The translations under genes were made by a program, and so were the position numbers. A DNA stretch of 61,769 bases from a virus. Lineage: Duplodnaviria > Caudoviricetes. Location of the stretch: positions 1-61,769 of the IMG/VR virus record IMGVR_UViG_3300006033_000029; one strand, written 5' to 3'. The notes beneath the pieces were generated by a model that saw only the letters and a list, made by a program, of their open reading frames with translations, was not told the DNA's origin and ran no database searches. Positions 25,981 through 36,342 of the stretch are shown here, one piece after another. Each line of letters begins with the position of its first letter. Within the stretch, counting starts at the first letter, position 1.

Positions 25981-26811
25981 TTAGTAGAACAGGTTCGATC
26001 TGCTCACGGGGTTCTTCGTGGGGATGAAGGGGCATCCACCGAAGTTGTGGATATTGTTGTGAGAATTGCATCCCGCCTCGTCTCTGGTGCAGCCCCGAAT
26101 CACCGTCACTGCCGTGCCGGTTACGATCCCCTTTGGCGCTCCACTGAGCGTCAGAGTGTCACCGACGATTCGCACGATCGAGCGTACCTCGCGGTCGCCG
26201 GCCGCGTTCAACCACTCTGCCATGCCGCCGATATAATCGCTCACTGGCCTGGGGTTCCAACCGCCGACCAGAGTGATCCTGTGACCGCTGACCGAACTCA
26301 CGACAGCATCGGTCGACGCCGCAGTCTTGTTTGCGTTGCACCAGGGGCCGTAGAGTTTGTGCGAGCATCCGTAGCTGTAGTGCCGCCTCAGCCCGAAGCG
26401 CTTCATCGAAGTCCGGGCAGACTCGCAGTTCAAGATCAGTTCCGGCGCTTCACGCTTGGCAGACAGGATCCTGCCGGCCCAGATGGTGAGGAATTGAGCA
26501 TCGGGGTCGTTCAGGTGGCCTTGGAAGATCGTCAGCGCGACCTCTTGGGAAGGCGGGTAAGCCAAGAAAAGATCGGCGACGTCGAGTTTCAGCGACAGAC
26601 GAACTTCCATCGCTGCCTTGTCCATGTTGCCCTTCACCACGATGGCGCCCCGGGTCACTGCGACAGAGCGATAGAGGCGTCCATCGTGTGTGATGTCATA
26701 AGGGGCGTCCGTGTAGGCATAGTAACTGCTGGTCGACTCACCATACCTGATCAGGAACAAGTTGCAGGGCGTGCCCTTGCTGCGGCTGTTTTCGCGGGCG
26801 TTCAGGCTCAT
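25981..26811 (-). CDS. DUF2163/BR0599-family tail hub protein
   Basis: GCSHKLYGPWC and GCTRDEAGC...NNIHNFGGCPFIP Cys pattern. Confidence 0.88.
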   Translation of the reverse strand: MSLNARENSRSKGTPCNLFLIRYGESTSSYYAYTDAPYDITHDGRLYRSVAVTRGAIVVKGNMDKAAMEVRLSLKLDVADLFLAYPPSQEVALTIFQGHLNDPDAQFLTIWAGRILSAKREAPELILNCESARTSMKRFGLRRHYSYGCSHKLYGPWCNANKTAASTDAVVSSVSGHRITLVGGWNPRPVSDYIGGMAEWLNAAGDREVRSIVRIVGDTLTLSGAPKGIVTGTAVTVIRGCTRDEAGCNSHNNIHNFGGCPFIPTKNPVSRSNLFY

Positions 26812-26813
26812 GG

Positions 26814-28532
26814 TCAGGTCTCCGCAGGGACGTAGCGCAACGCTTGCATTGTCAAGCTGATCTGCGAAGTTTCATCGGTCAACCACTGGACGGTCAGACC
26901 ATCGGTCGAGAAGCGCCAGAGGGGGAGCCAGCATATCTGCAAGATCAGCGCCGGGTCTGCCGTGTTGAACAGCGGGGTCGTCAGACCAATCACCGTATCG
27001 TTCCCATTCTCATCGGAAATGAAGGTGATCGTGTCGATGTGCAGCGCTTCATAAGTACCATTGGCGTAGAAGATGATCAGGTCTTTGTAAACCACGTCAT
27101 CGAGATAGTCCTGATAAATCTCGCGCCCTTCAAAACGAAGTCCGAATGTCCCAGCCGGGGCCACACTCTTCAACTTGAGATCCTCGGCAAAGGTCGGCAT
27201 GAAGAACTCGCCTTGCGCCCCCCTGTTGCGTCGGAAGAAGTCCACGATGGCGTCGGTGCGCTCACGAGACGACCCGATGTATTGGGCCTTGTGGATGCGC
27301 ATGTTGAAAGGTCTGGGGATGTTGAAATCCTTGCGCCCCTTCCCGTAGTCAATGATTTCCAGCGCCGCCTCGAACTCCGGCGCGACAGAAGACGCCCAAT
27401 CGGGACGTTCGAGAAAGAGTTCTCGTCCGAGATGAAACGCAGTCCCCGCTGGCACCGACCACCAAAGTTCCTCGCCAGGATCAGCGTCAAAGGTGACGTT
27501 CACCGACGCCGTGCGGTTCGTAAGCTGGGATGCCGTGATCTTGGTGCCGAGGTAGCCCACATATGCCGGATAGACCTTGCTGCCTGCAACCCAACTCCGA
27601 TCGAGGTCAGAAGTCAGAATAACCGAGTTGCCAACCGCAGTGTCGATCTTGCGTACGGCAAACTCAGACTGCGAAGCATTTCCGCGCATCAGCACAACGG
27701 TTCTCCCCGGAAGCATCCAGTCGACAGATTCTTCCAGGACCAGGGTGTTATGCCCAGCATTGGCGTCTTCGATCAATGCGATTCCATGACTGAAATCCGG
27801 CATCAGTGTGCTCTTGTTTTGCCAAGAAGCCATCTGCCGAATGAACTGCCGGAACGTGCCTTCGTTGACCAAAGTCGTGAACTTGATAGCCATCCTTGGG
27901 TCGGTGCGGTTGGCGATCCGTTGCTCGAAGCCGCTGCGTGAGGCAATGATCTCGGTCATGAATTCGTAAGACACTTCGACCGGGCTGGTCCAGTTCGGTA
28001 GAAATGCCCAGACCTTTGCGCGAACACCGGTGACCGGCAGAGCCACTTGCTCAGTCGGAGTGAACTCGAATACGATCGAGAAGTCGACGTCGGGGTCACC
28101 ATTCTCATCGGCGGTGACGACGAACGTTTTCTGCGCGAGGGGTTTCATGGTCAGCGGTAGAGCAACGCCGCTGACAGAAACACTTTCATCCCCGGAAGTG
28201 TCGATGCTGGACAGAACCACTGTGCTGCGCTTTGCGTTCCACATTACCGCCGTCCGACCAACTGTCGCCGAGATGGCGCCGAAGTCGATCGTTTGTGGAA
28301 TGAACCAGATGCGGTTGTAGAAGTCGTCGTAGAAGGAGGGCAGCAAGTCTCCCGCGTAGGTCTGCAAACCATAGCGAGTAGATGGCTGATTGATGTCCGC
28401 ATCACCATAAATGCAATCCACACCTTCGACCGCACTCTCCCACATGTTGGTGTTGAGCGGTCTGATCGGCGAGAGCGCCGAAGTCTTGGAGAATTCACCT
28501 ACTGTGATGAAATAGCCCGGGAACGACGGCAT
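26814..28532 (-). CDS. Virion structural (tail tip) protein
   Basis: FYDDFYNRIWFIP, PNWTSPV...EQRIANR; TGATG start at 28532. Confidence 0.8.
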   Translation of the reverse strand: MPSFPGYFITVGEFSKTSALSPIRPLNTNMWESAVEGVDCIYGDADINQPSTRYGLQTYAGDLLPSFYDDFYNRIWFIPQTIDFGAISATVGRTAVMWNAKRSTVVLSSIDTSGDESVSVSGVALPLTMKPLAQKTFVVTADENGDPDVDFSIVFEFTPTEQVALPVTGVRAKVWAFLPNWTSPVEVSYEFMTEIIASRSGFEQRIANRTDPRMAIKFTTLVNEGTFRQFIRQMASWQNKSTLMPDFSHGIALIEDANAGHNTLVLEESVDWMLPGRTVVLMRGNASQSEFAVRKIDTAVGNSVILTSDLDRSWVAGSKVYPAYVGYLGTKITASQLTNRTASVNVTFDADPGEELWWSVPAGTAFHLGRELFLERPDWASSVAPEFEAALEIIDYGKGRKDFNIPRPFNMRIHKAQYIGSSRERTDAIVDFFRRNRGAQGEFFMPTFAEDLKLKSVAPAGTFGLRFEGREIYQDYLDDVVYKDLIIFYANGTYEALHIDTITFISDENGNDTVIGLTTPLFNTADPALILQICWLPLWRFSTDGLTVQWLTDETSQISLTMQALRYVPAET

Positions 28533-29527
28533 CAGTTGCTCCTGTAGGCATAGCCCAAGTAGACAGAGGATTCGTACAAGCGGTAAGAACTTCCACCCGC
28601 TGCTGGCTCCGCAGCGCTGTCCCGCTTGCTCGTTGCTGCGAACGCTCGCCAAGTTTCCGAACCGACAGTGAGTACTGCCCGTGGCTCGATGAACTGGTTG
28701 TTGATCAGACGTACCCCTGAAGGCTTCCCGATGGCTCGGAAGCGCACATCCCCTGTCACGGTCTGTGTCGCGTAGAGGTTTACCGGGATCAGGATGTTGG
28801 CACCCGAGAACTGGCTCACAGCCTTTGCGACCAGCGGGTCGTTGATAGAATCGGCGAAGCCGCCAAGCACCTCATCTCCGATGTAGGATGACGGAACACT
28901 CGTGCCACGGGGGTTGCGGAAACGTCGCCAAGTGACAATGTTGTCGGGGTGGACGATACGGACGCCACCAGATTCATCGTCGGCCCAAGCGGTCTGAACA
29001 TTTGAAAAGAGGAAGTTCTTGCGACTGCGAGAACTCATGCCACTCGAACCCACAAAACTGCCCATCGGGCCGTTCTGAGATGAGATAACTTCACCGCCCT
29101 GATAATCGCCGATCTTCTCCATGAAGCCGAGGTAGAGGTGGCGGTACAGGTTGTAGCCATGCTCAGTAACGATAGCGATGAAGGGTTCGGGCGTCAGCAT
29201 CCCGATCAGGTAGACCTTCTGAGGGTGCTGGATGATGGCAACAGCGGGTGCTGCCGTGGTCGCAAAGATGGGTGCCCTGATCGTCGACTTCGGAACGATA
29301 CCGCTGATCGTTTCCTGCGCAGTCCAGCGCAGATCCCGGTTGACGCCGCTGGTGATGCTGGAGAGAGCGAAAGCGACGCCGCCAGGGCCTGCGCCATTGT
29401 AGTTGGGATGTCGCACGATCGGGTTGGATGCGGTACCCGACACATCGAAACCAAGTGCCGTGGCGAAGGCATGGACGAGCGGAGGAATGTCGCTCATCGC
29501 GCTGATGATGTGTTCGCTATATGCCAT
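28532..29527 (-). CDS. Virion structural protein
   Basis: MAY N-terminus, YRHLYLG; position after the TMP gene. Confidence 0.75.
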   Translation of the reverse strand: MAYSEHIISAMSDIPPLVHAFATALGFDVSGTASNPIVRHPNYNGAGPGGVAFALSSITSGVNRDLRWTAQETISGIVPKSTIRAPIFATTAAPAVAIIQHPQKVYLIGMLTPEPFIAIVTEHGYNLYRHLYLGFMEKIGDYQGGEVISSQNGPMGSFVGSSGMSSRSRKNFLFSNVQTAWADDESGGVRIVHPDNIVTWRRFRNPRGTSVPSSYIGDEVLGGFADSINDPLVAKAVSQFSGANILIPVNLYATQTVTGDVRFRAIGKPSGVRLINNQFIEPRAVLTVGSETWRAFAATSKRDSAAEPAAGGSSYRLYESSVYLGYAYRSN

Positions 29528-29530
29528 TTC

Positions 29531-30517
29531 TCACTCCAACCGGATCGCCATGTAGGTGCTTGTCGTCGAGCGGAATACGTTCTGAACGACGAGATGATCG
29601 ACAGATTCGATCTGCACAGTATTCTCGGACGCATTGCCGACACCAGGGCAGACGTAGCATCCGTCGAGTACGCCGAACATCTGCAACGAGTTGTTCGTCT
29701 GGATCAGAGTGATGGGATCCAGCGGGAAAATGCCGCCATAAGACATCATCTGTCTGGACCGAATGGAATTGTAGCCGGGCGTCTCGTAGGAACCGCTTGC
29801 TGCTGAAAGCAGAAAACGGTTACCGCCGTCCACATCGTATTCCTGATAGCGGTACGGGCCAATACATGCCTGGGCTCTGGAGTCGTTAACAGACGGGGCG
29901 TTCATCCAGCCGCCGTTTGGCCCGAGAATATACCCACTAGCCCTGTCGACGCCGGAACCGGCATAAGGAGAGAAGGGAAACGCGGCATGGGCATCTACAG
30001 TCGAACGCCAGGATGCGACTTCGGACGACGCGCTCGAAGAGCCACCGATAAAGAGCGGGTAGGGATATTCAGTGGGGAGCGCGTAGGGTAGGAAGAGACC
30101 GCAGTACGCCACCTCGTAAACGGTGCTCATGTTCGCCACGACCATGAAGCGTCGCCCGCTCGCAACGAACCAGTATTTCATCGGCCCGGCGTCAAGCCAG
30201 ATTCGCACCCCGGGGGAGACGTTGAGGTGTTCGGTAACGAGCAGAGCGGACGAGTTGATGGCACTCATCCCGTGGAACTGAATCCTGTGATCGTCAGTGC
30301 CAGTCGTCGTTGTCAACGCCATGCTGATGAAGATCGAATCGGTGCCAGCCGCACCCGGGCCACGGAGGACCACACCCGATGTCGAACCGCTCGGGTGCGT
30401 CCAGACCACATCCCATTCTTCCCCCGCCGCGACAAGGGACACATCTGCCGTGAGGAACGCGAGAAGCTTGTTCCAAAGGTCGGTGCTGCTCGTCGCGATA
30501 CCTGTCGCGTAAGCCAT
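29531..30517 (-). CDS. Virion structural protein (distal-tail region)
   Basis: YWFVASGRRF, YCGLFLPY...EYPYPLFIGG, LVVQNVFR. Confidence 0.8.
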   Translation of the reverse strand: MAYATGIATSSTDLWNKLLAFLTADVSLVAAGEEWDVVWTHPSGSTSGVVLRGPGAAGTDSIFISMALTTTTGTDDHRIQFHGMSAINSSALLVTEHLNVSPGVRIWLDAGPMKYWFVASGRRFMVVANMSTVYEVAYCGLFLPYALPTEYPYPLFIGGSSSASSEVASWRSTVDAHAAFPFSPYAGSGVDRASGYILGPNGGWMNAPSVNDSRAQACIGPYRYQEYDVDGGNRFLLSAASGSYETPGYNSIRSRQMMSYGGIFPLDPITLIQTNNSLQMFGVLDGCYVCPGVGNASENTVQIESVDHLVVQNVFRSTTSTYMAIRLE

Positions 30518-30522
30518 ATCTC

Positions 30523-33500
30523 TCAGCCCTCCATAGCCTGTTTGAACGCAGCAGGGTTCGCCCTGATGTAGTTCAGAATGGTTTCTTCGCCGACAACGTT
30601 GCTCAGCGACTCCTTTAGGAAGGAAGCCGCGTCGAACATGTTGACGATCTTCGTTCTACCGACAGGCTGTGCCATCCCGCCACCGTTCCTGATGTGACGC
30701 GGGTCGTTCTCGGTGAGCACTTCTTCGCCTGCCTTCAGGATCGCAGGCACCTCATTGGGCTTCAGCCCGGCAATACCGCCAGAGTGGTAGCGCATGGCGC
30801 CGCTGAACCAGGCGGGGCTGACGTTCCGCGAGCCGACGCCAACACCGGAGGCTCCGACAACACCGCCCGTGTGCATGAGTCCGACGCCGAACAGACCGCC
30901 AGAGATGCTCTTGGAAATCTGCTGCAAGGTGTTGAAGAGCGCCTGCTTGATGATCATCTTCGCGATCTCCATCAGAAAGTCGGCCGCGAACTGACGGAAT
31001 GCTTCTCCGAGTGCGCCAACAGCATCCTCGCCGTTCGCGATAGCCTGCGCGAACTTGTCGAACATATTCAAGATGCCGCTGTCGAGCATGTTGAAGATGT
31101 TCTCTTGAACCTGCTGCTGCGTGTAAGCCGCCTGCCGAGCGGCATTACCCACGCTTTGCAGAGACAAAGCAAGAGCGTTGTTCTGAGCGACCGCCGCAGC
31201 AGCCTTGTCCCCGCCCATCACGCTATACAGTTGATTGGCCTGCGCGATTGCTTCTGACAGTTGGGTGTTGACCCCTGCGATCTGCCCTTCGAGTTCCTGG
31301 ACCTTGGCGGTATTGCCTTGATCTTCGTAGATGCGCCGCTGTTCGATCAGCGCGTTGCGCTGACTTTCGAGTGCGTTGATACGCTCCTCGATCTGTTCCA
31401 GTTCGGTCTTTGCACCTTTTTGTGCCTGCAGAGCCTCGTTCAAGTCATACTGCGCTCCGAGCAACTCGCGCGCCCGGGCGATCTCCTCCTCGGTGATAGC
31501 CGGGTTCTGCTCGCGGAGGGCTCTGATCTGCTCCTCGATGAAGGCTTCGCGCTCTTTGCCCTCCATCTTCTTCTGAAGCATCTCGTTCTCGAAGCCCAAG
31601 TCGGCGAGCGACTGCGCGGTCGCTTCCCGCTGCTTCTTCTGCTCATCGGCGATACGCTCTTCCTCAGAGACACGCTTCCTGGTCTCTTCGGCGATACCAC
31701 CATATGCCGCGAGAAGGCCCTCGGCGCGTGCCTGATGGGCTGACATCTGATTATACACCTTGTCGGAAACATCACCAGGAGCGCCACCGTTGTGCTCATC
31801 GGTTGCGTGGATCTTGGATGCGTCACCGGCGTTGATTGCCGCGTAGATTTGGAGCAGACCGTCGCCAGCTTTGACGCCAGCATCTTCGAGGTATTTTCCG
31901 ACTGCGCGGATTTGCTCTTCGATGGAAGAGTCCGCCGAGACGCCATACTTCGCAGCCTGCGGTTCTCCCCACTGAATGAGACCACGGTGCTGTCCCCACT
32001 GCGTAGTTGGACCCGCCTTCCAAGGATCGAACGTGCCACCAGTCTCGTACGACATCACCGTGAGCAGATCTTTTGCGCTGAGGCCCATCTGCTCGGCGAG
32101 TTCCGTCGTAGCGCGAACGAGTTCTTCCATCTGAGCGCCTTGCGGCGTGCCACGTTCGGTCGTGTATTTGGCTTCGTAGTCGCTCGAATCCAGTTTCGGA
32201 ATGTTGATGTTGGCGAAGCCCTGTCCCCAAAGCTTCATCACTTCGAGGATCTTGGAGTAGTCACCACTCTCCCAGGCAGCGACCAGCGCCGACCATGCCG
32301 TTGCGTTCAACTCAGTCGTCTTCTTGAGTTTCTCCATCTCCTCGCGGAGTTCGGGGATGAAGCCTTTCAGTTTGTCGATGGCATCGGCATAGGTGATTGT
32401 GGACGTGGCACCTTCATCAAAGGATCTGCTGGCATCGTCAGCCGACTCGGCCACATCCTTGAGTTTGGCGTCAGATAGCCCGAGTGCTTCGCTCACGAGG
32501 TCGATCTTGCTGCCGAAATTCTGCGCGATCTGAGCCGCCAGCGACGTCCGATCAGCTTGCTCTTCGAGGGCGCGGGCCTGATCGAGAAGCGTTTCTAGGT
32601 ACTTCTGCGCATCGGCGTTGCCACGCGCAATCGCTTCCTTGTAAAGCTTTTCCAGTTCAAGACGATAGTCCTTGGCTCTGATGGTACCGTCTTCCAAAGC
32701 GCTTCCGAGTGACTGCAACGAAAGCGTCAGTTCGCGGGCGTCTCCGTTGAAACCACCTGCCCAGGAAAAATCCACAGCAGTCGTGCTTCTGGCTGCGCGA
32801 GCCGCTTCGTCCCGCAGTCGACCATAGGCGTCGACCATCTGACGCAGACTTGCGTTGGCCTGGTCCAGCGAGACGGCTTTGATGGCATCGCCCCACTCCC
32901 CGGTCTTGTCCTTCACATTGTCGTAATTCTCAAGAACTGCCGACATGATGCGGTTGTGTTCGTCGAGCGCTGCCGTGGTCGCGTCGACCCCAGACGCCCA
33001 ATTCGTGAGCAGCGGGACCGCCAGTAGAGATGCCAAGGTGATCAGGACGCCTACAGGCCCACCAAGAGCGACGAGGGCGCCGTTCAGCAGCGCGAGGGCG
33101 CCGCGCCATACACCAAGCGCACCGGCGATAGCGAGGCTGCTCGTGCGAGCCAACAGGGTGCGAGCCGAGAAGGTCGCAACGAGGTTGCCCGCCGTCAGCA
33201 TCGTGGTGCCGAGGAGCGCCGCTCGGCCCTGCGCTGATAGCAGTTGTGCGCCCATTGCCACGGCGGAAGCCCCGACCGTCCTCAGAGCCGCTCCAAATGC
33301 CGTGGTCTGCGTCACCGCCATCTGCTGACGCGCGCCGAGTTCTGCGGTTCCGACGGCGGCGGTCCGCAGATTCGCCACCATCAACTGAATGTTCTGGATG
33401 CTCGAATTGAGCCAGGACGCGAGTTTCAGGCTGATGATCAGTTGCAGAACGTCGCCAAAGAACTCAGCGTTTTCCACGAGATAACGAAGCCCATCAGCCG

Positions 33501-35601
33501 CCTTACCAGCAGCGGCACCAAGGGCGAGGAAGAAGTCGCGCCCCTCGCGACTCTGAAGGCGTTGGTTCAGCGTCGCCAAAAGTTCATTGAATGAGTCGAT
33601 GAAGCCGCCGTTGGCAACTTGAAGCTGAGCCTGGAAGATGTTGTTCCAGAACTTGCCCAACTGCGCCGTGGTGGACTGTAGAGACTTCGACAACTGCGGC
33701 CCGAAGCGCCGATTCAACTCGTCCGCGAACTTCAGGAAGTTGGTCGAGTTGGCGAGCACTTCGCCTTCTTCGAGCATCTTGTAGAGTTCTGCCGACGTGA
33801 CACCGAGGGCGTCTGCCATGATGTTCATGGCGCCCGGGAGCCGCTCCCCAAGCTGCTGCCGCAGTTCCTCGGAACTGATCTTACCCTTCGAGATCATCTG
33901 GGTGAGAGCCAGGAAGACGCCGTTCATGTCTTCCAGTGACAGCTTGTTCACCCGACCCGCCTCGGCCACCGCGAGGAACACCTTCCGGGTTTCCTGAGTA
34001 GCGAAGTTGGCTGCTTGGGCGGCGACAGCGAACTTAGAATACTGGTCGGCCAAGGTGCCAAACTCGATCCCGAGACGCGCTGCCTGGGCTTGCAGGAATT
34101 GCAGTTCTGCGCCGGTCTTCTGCTGGTTCTGCTCGAAGACGACCCCGAGGCGGTTCTGTGCGGCCTCCATCTTCTGATAGGCTTGCAGCACGCCGCCGAC
34201 GTTGCTGATGGTGCCGTAGAGCCCCACATAAGCCGTGGCGAGGCTCAGGATCTCCCCGCGAAGGCGCTGGAAGATCGACATGGCCTGACGCGACTCACGG
34301 TTGAAGCCGTCGAGGATTCCCTTGGCCGATGCTGCTCCCTGCCGCTGCATGGCCTTGGTAGCCTCGTCGATGTCGGTCTTGAGTTTCCGTTGCGAGGTGC
34401 TGGTCTGCGTCGTGGCGGAAGCAAGGCGCGAGAACATCGGTGGCAGCATGTTTGCCGCACCGCTGATGCGGTTCATCTGCACCGCGAGCGCCTGGTATTC
34501 GCCCTTGGCAGCGCGAGATGCGGCGATCACCTGTTTCTGCCGCTCTGCGAGTTCGGTAATGTTACCCGAGGTGGACTTCATCTGCCCCCCGAGACGCGCA
34601 GCCTCTTCCTGCAACGCCTGCCAGGACGCCTTCGCGGCATCGGCCTGCGTACGCAACTCCTGCATCCGCGCGGCAGTCTTCGGATCCACGAATTGACCGG
34701 CACCCGTGCTGTAACGCATGAGCGCCTGCATGACGGCGCCGAGACGTTCGATCTCCGGGATCAGCTTGCCGGTAGTGGAAGAAGTGTCGTTCGCTTCGCG
34801 ATCAAAGACGTTCAGCGCGGATGCGGCTTCTCGCACCGATGCTTCGATTTGCGAGTACTCGGCCTCGGCTTGATCAAGGTTGCCCTTCTGCTCGGCAAGG
34901 GCCGAGGTGGTCTTCTCGATGTCAGCGACGAGTGTGCGCTGCGAAGATCGTACTGACCTGATCTCGCTCGTGATTTGCTTGAGTTCGCCAGCCGTCTTCG
35001 CGACCTGGGCTTGCAGTTCCTTGTAGGTGCTGGCGTTCTTTTCGACAGATTGCCGAGCAGCATCCAGACGCGCTTTCGTGGCGGCAATGCCGTCATCACG
35101 CCCGGCCGTGCCAGCGGGCCTTGCCTGCGCCGCCTTGTAGGCTTTCTCGGCAGCAGCGAGTTCCTTCATCGCCGCAGCCTTCTTCAGCGTCGCCTGCCGG
35201 GCCTGATCGAGTGCGGCCTTCTCTGCCTTCAGCCGGTGCTCGACCTGCTGTGCGTTCCGTTCCAGATCAGCGAGACGAGCCGCAGCGGCCTGACTGTCCT
35301 GACCGAGCGACTGCAACTTTGCTTCGGTGCCGGCGAGTTCGCCCTTGAGGCGAGACACCGCGTCTGCTGCCGAGCCCATGATCGCCGTTGCACGGTCGAG
35401 TGCGGCGAATGCGTTGGACTTGGCCTTGAGGCGGTCGAGTTCGTCCCCGAGACCCCCGAGTGCGCCGTCGACCTTGGCGGTGGACGAGGCGAGACCTTCC
35501 TGACTTCCTTTGAGAACCTTGAGAGCGTCCGAAACCTGATCGAGGCTCTTGGACGCTTGGTTCTTGGCGCGGATGATCAGGTTTACGTCGCGGTTCGCCA
35601 T
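30523..35601 (-). CDS. Tape measure protein with an internal lysozyme/transglycosylase-like domain
   Basis: 1692 aa, Ala-rich coiled coil; QMISKGKISSEELRQQLGERLPGA motif; YETGGTF...GLIQW; C-terminal HSGG...EVPAILKAGEEV. Confidence 0.95.
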   Translation of the reverse strand: MANRDVNLIIRAKNQASKSLDQVSDALKVLKGSQEGLASSTAKVDGALGGLGDELDRLKAKSNAFAALDRATAIMGSAADAVSRLKGELAGTEAKLQSLGQDSQAAAARLADLERNAQQVEHRLKAEKAALDQARQATLKKAAAMKELAAAEKAYKAAQARPAGTAGRDDGIAATKARLDAARQSVEKNASTYKELQAQVAKTAGELKQITSEIRSVRSSQRTLVADIEKTTSALAEQKGNLDQAEAEYSQIEASVREAASALNVFDREANDTSSTTGKLIPEIERLGAVMQALMRYSTGAGQFVDPKTAARMQELRTQADAAKASWQALQEEAARLGGQMKSTSGNITELAERQKQVIAASRAAKGEYQALAVQMNRISGAANMLPPMFSRLASATTQTSTSQRKLKTDIDEATKAMQRQGAASAKGILDGFNRESRQAMSIFQRLRGEILSLATAYVGLYGTISNVGGVLQAYQKMEAAQNRLGVVFEQNQQKTGAELQFLQAQAARLGIEFGTLADQYSKFAVAAQAANFATQETRKVFLAVAEAGRVNKLSLEDMNGVFLALTQMISKGKISSEELRQQLGERLPGAMNIMADALGVTSAELYKMLEEGEVLANSTNFLKFADELNRRFGPQLSKSLQSTTAQLGKFWNNIFQAQLQVANGGFIDSFNELLATLNQRLQSREGRDFFLALGAAAGKAADGLRYLVENAEFFGDVLQLIISLKLASWLNSSIQNIQLMVANLRTAAVGTAELGARQQMAVTQTTAFGAALRTVGASAVAMGAQLLSAQGRAALLGTTMLTAGNLVATFSARTLLARTSSLAIAGALGVWRGALALLNGALVALGGPVGVLITLASLLAVPLLTNWASGVDATTAALDEHNRIMSAVLENYDNVKDKTGEWGDAIKAVSLDQANASLRQMVDAYGRLRDEAARAARSTTAVDFSWAGGFNGDARELTLSLQSLGSALEDGTIRAKDYRLELEKLYKEAIARGNADAQKYLETLLDQARALEEQADRTSLAAQIAQNFGSKIDLVSEALGLSDAKLKDVAESADDASRSFDEGATSTITYADAIDKLKGFIPELREEMEKLKKTTELNATAWSALVAAWESGDYSKILEVMKLWGQGFANINIPKLDSSDYEAKYTTERGTPQGAQMEELVRATTELAEQMGLSAKDLLTVMSYETGGTFDPWKAGPTTQWGQHRGLIQWGEPQAAKYGVSADSSIEEQIRAVGKYLEDAGVKAGDGLLQIYAAINAGDASKIHATDEHNGGAPGDVSDKVYNQMSAHQARAEGLLAAYGGIAEETRKRVSEEERIADEQKKQREATAQSLADLGFENEMLQKKMEGKEREAFIEEQIRALREQNPAITEEEIARARELLGAQYDLNEALQAQKGAKTELEQIEERINALESQRNALIEQRRIYEDQGNTAKVQELEGQIAGVNTQLSEAIAQANQLYSVMGGDKAAAAVAQNNALALSLQSVGNAARQAAYTQQQVQENIFNMLDSGILNMFDKFAQAIANGEDAVGALGEAFRQFAADFLMEIAKMIIKQALFNTLQQISKSISGGLFGVGLMHTGGVVGASGVGVGSRNVSPAWFSGAMRYHSGGIAGLKPNEVPAILKAGEEVLTENDPRHIRNGGGMAQPVGRTKIVNMFDAASFLKESLSNVVGEETILNYIRANPAAFKQAMEG

Positions 35602-35657
35602 AGTCGCCCTCTCACTCTGGACGTTACCTTCTTATCTTAAAAGTGAGCGCACGACCA

Positions 35658-36310
35658 CTAGGATTGCGTCATATCCTTGATCTTCTTCCGGAACACTTCA
35701 CCGGCTTTCTTGGAGAGGATTGACGAGACCGCCATCTGAAGCAGCACAGCGCGAGAAGCCTCTTCGCGATCAATGCGCTCCACCACATACTCTGCTTCCA
35801 CATAGACCATGCCCACCGGATACAGGCGAGCATGGCGATGACCGTGGGCCAGGAGCAGACTTACTTGGCGTCGGATCCCGGCAACCCACTCGGCGAAGGT
35901 TGCGACTCGGGCATCAGATTGTTGATGCCCTTGATCAGACGGACGACGGCCTCGATGAATTTTTTTGGCCCACCTGCCGCGTCGAAGGTCAGTTGGGCGA
36001 TCTTCTCGATCGCTTCCTGCTGGACGGTCAGCGGCAGTTTGGCCACCTTGTCGGTCAGATGCGGCCGATCCGCAGCCATCGCGATCATCTTGTTCAGCAG
36101 CATCGGCGCCGTGTCGATGAGGTCCATGCCGACCGAGAGCGGACTGGCAGACGGGTTGCCGGCGTACTTCTGGAAGAACGCTTCCATCTCGTTGCCGTGC
36201 TGGCTCATCAATTTGGTGATGTCCTGCAAAGACAAACCCCTGACGGCGAACGAATCGCCGCCAGGGAGACCGACTTCGAGGGTCGGCAGTTCAAAGTCTT
36301 CGAGCGCCAT
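35658..36310 (-). CDS. Tail assembly chaperone, -1 frameshifted long form (gpGT-like)
   Basis: Slippery A AAA AAA at 35960-35966. The -1 frame is open to TAG 35658 (…VSLLLAHGHRHARLYPVGMVYVEA…KKIKDMTQS). Confidence 0.82.
35861..36310 (-). CDS. Tail assembly chaperone (gpG-like)
   Basis: Between the major tail and TMP genes; FAVRGLSLQDI. Confidence 0.85.
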   Translation of the reverse strand: MALEDFELPTLEVGLPGGDSFAVRGLSLQDITKLMSQHGNEMEAFFQKYAGNPSASPLSVGMDLIDTAPMLLNKMIAMAADRPHLTDKVAKLPLTVQQEAIEKIAQLTFDAAGGPKKFIEAVVRLIKGINNLMPESQPSPSGLPGSDAK

Positions 36311-36342
36311 TGTGTTCTCCTGACGTTGGCGGGCAGTTCAGA

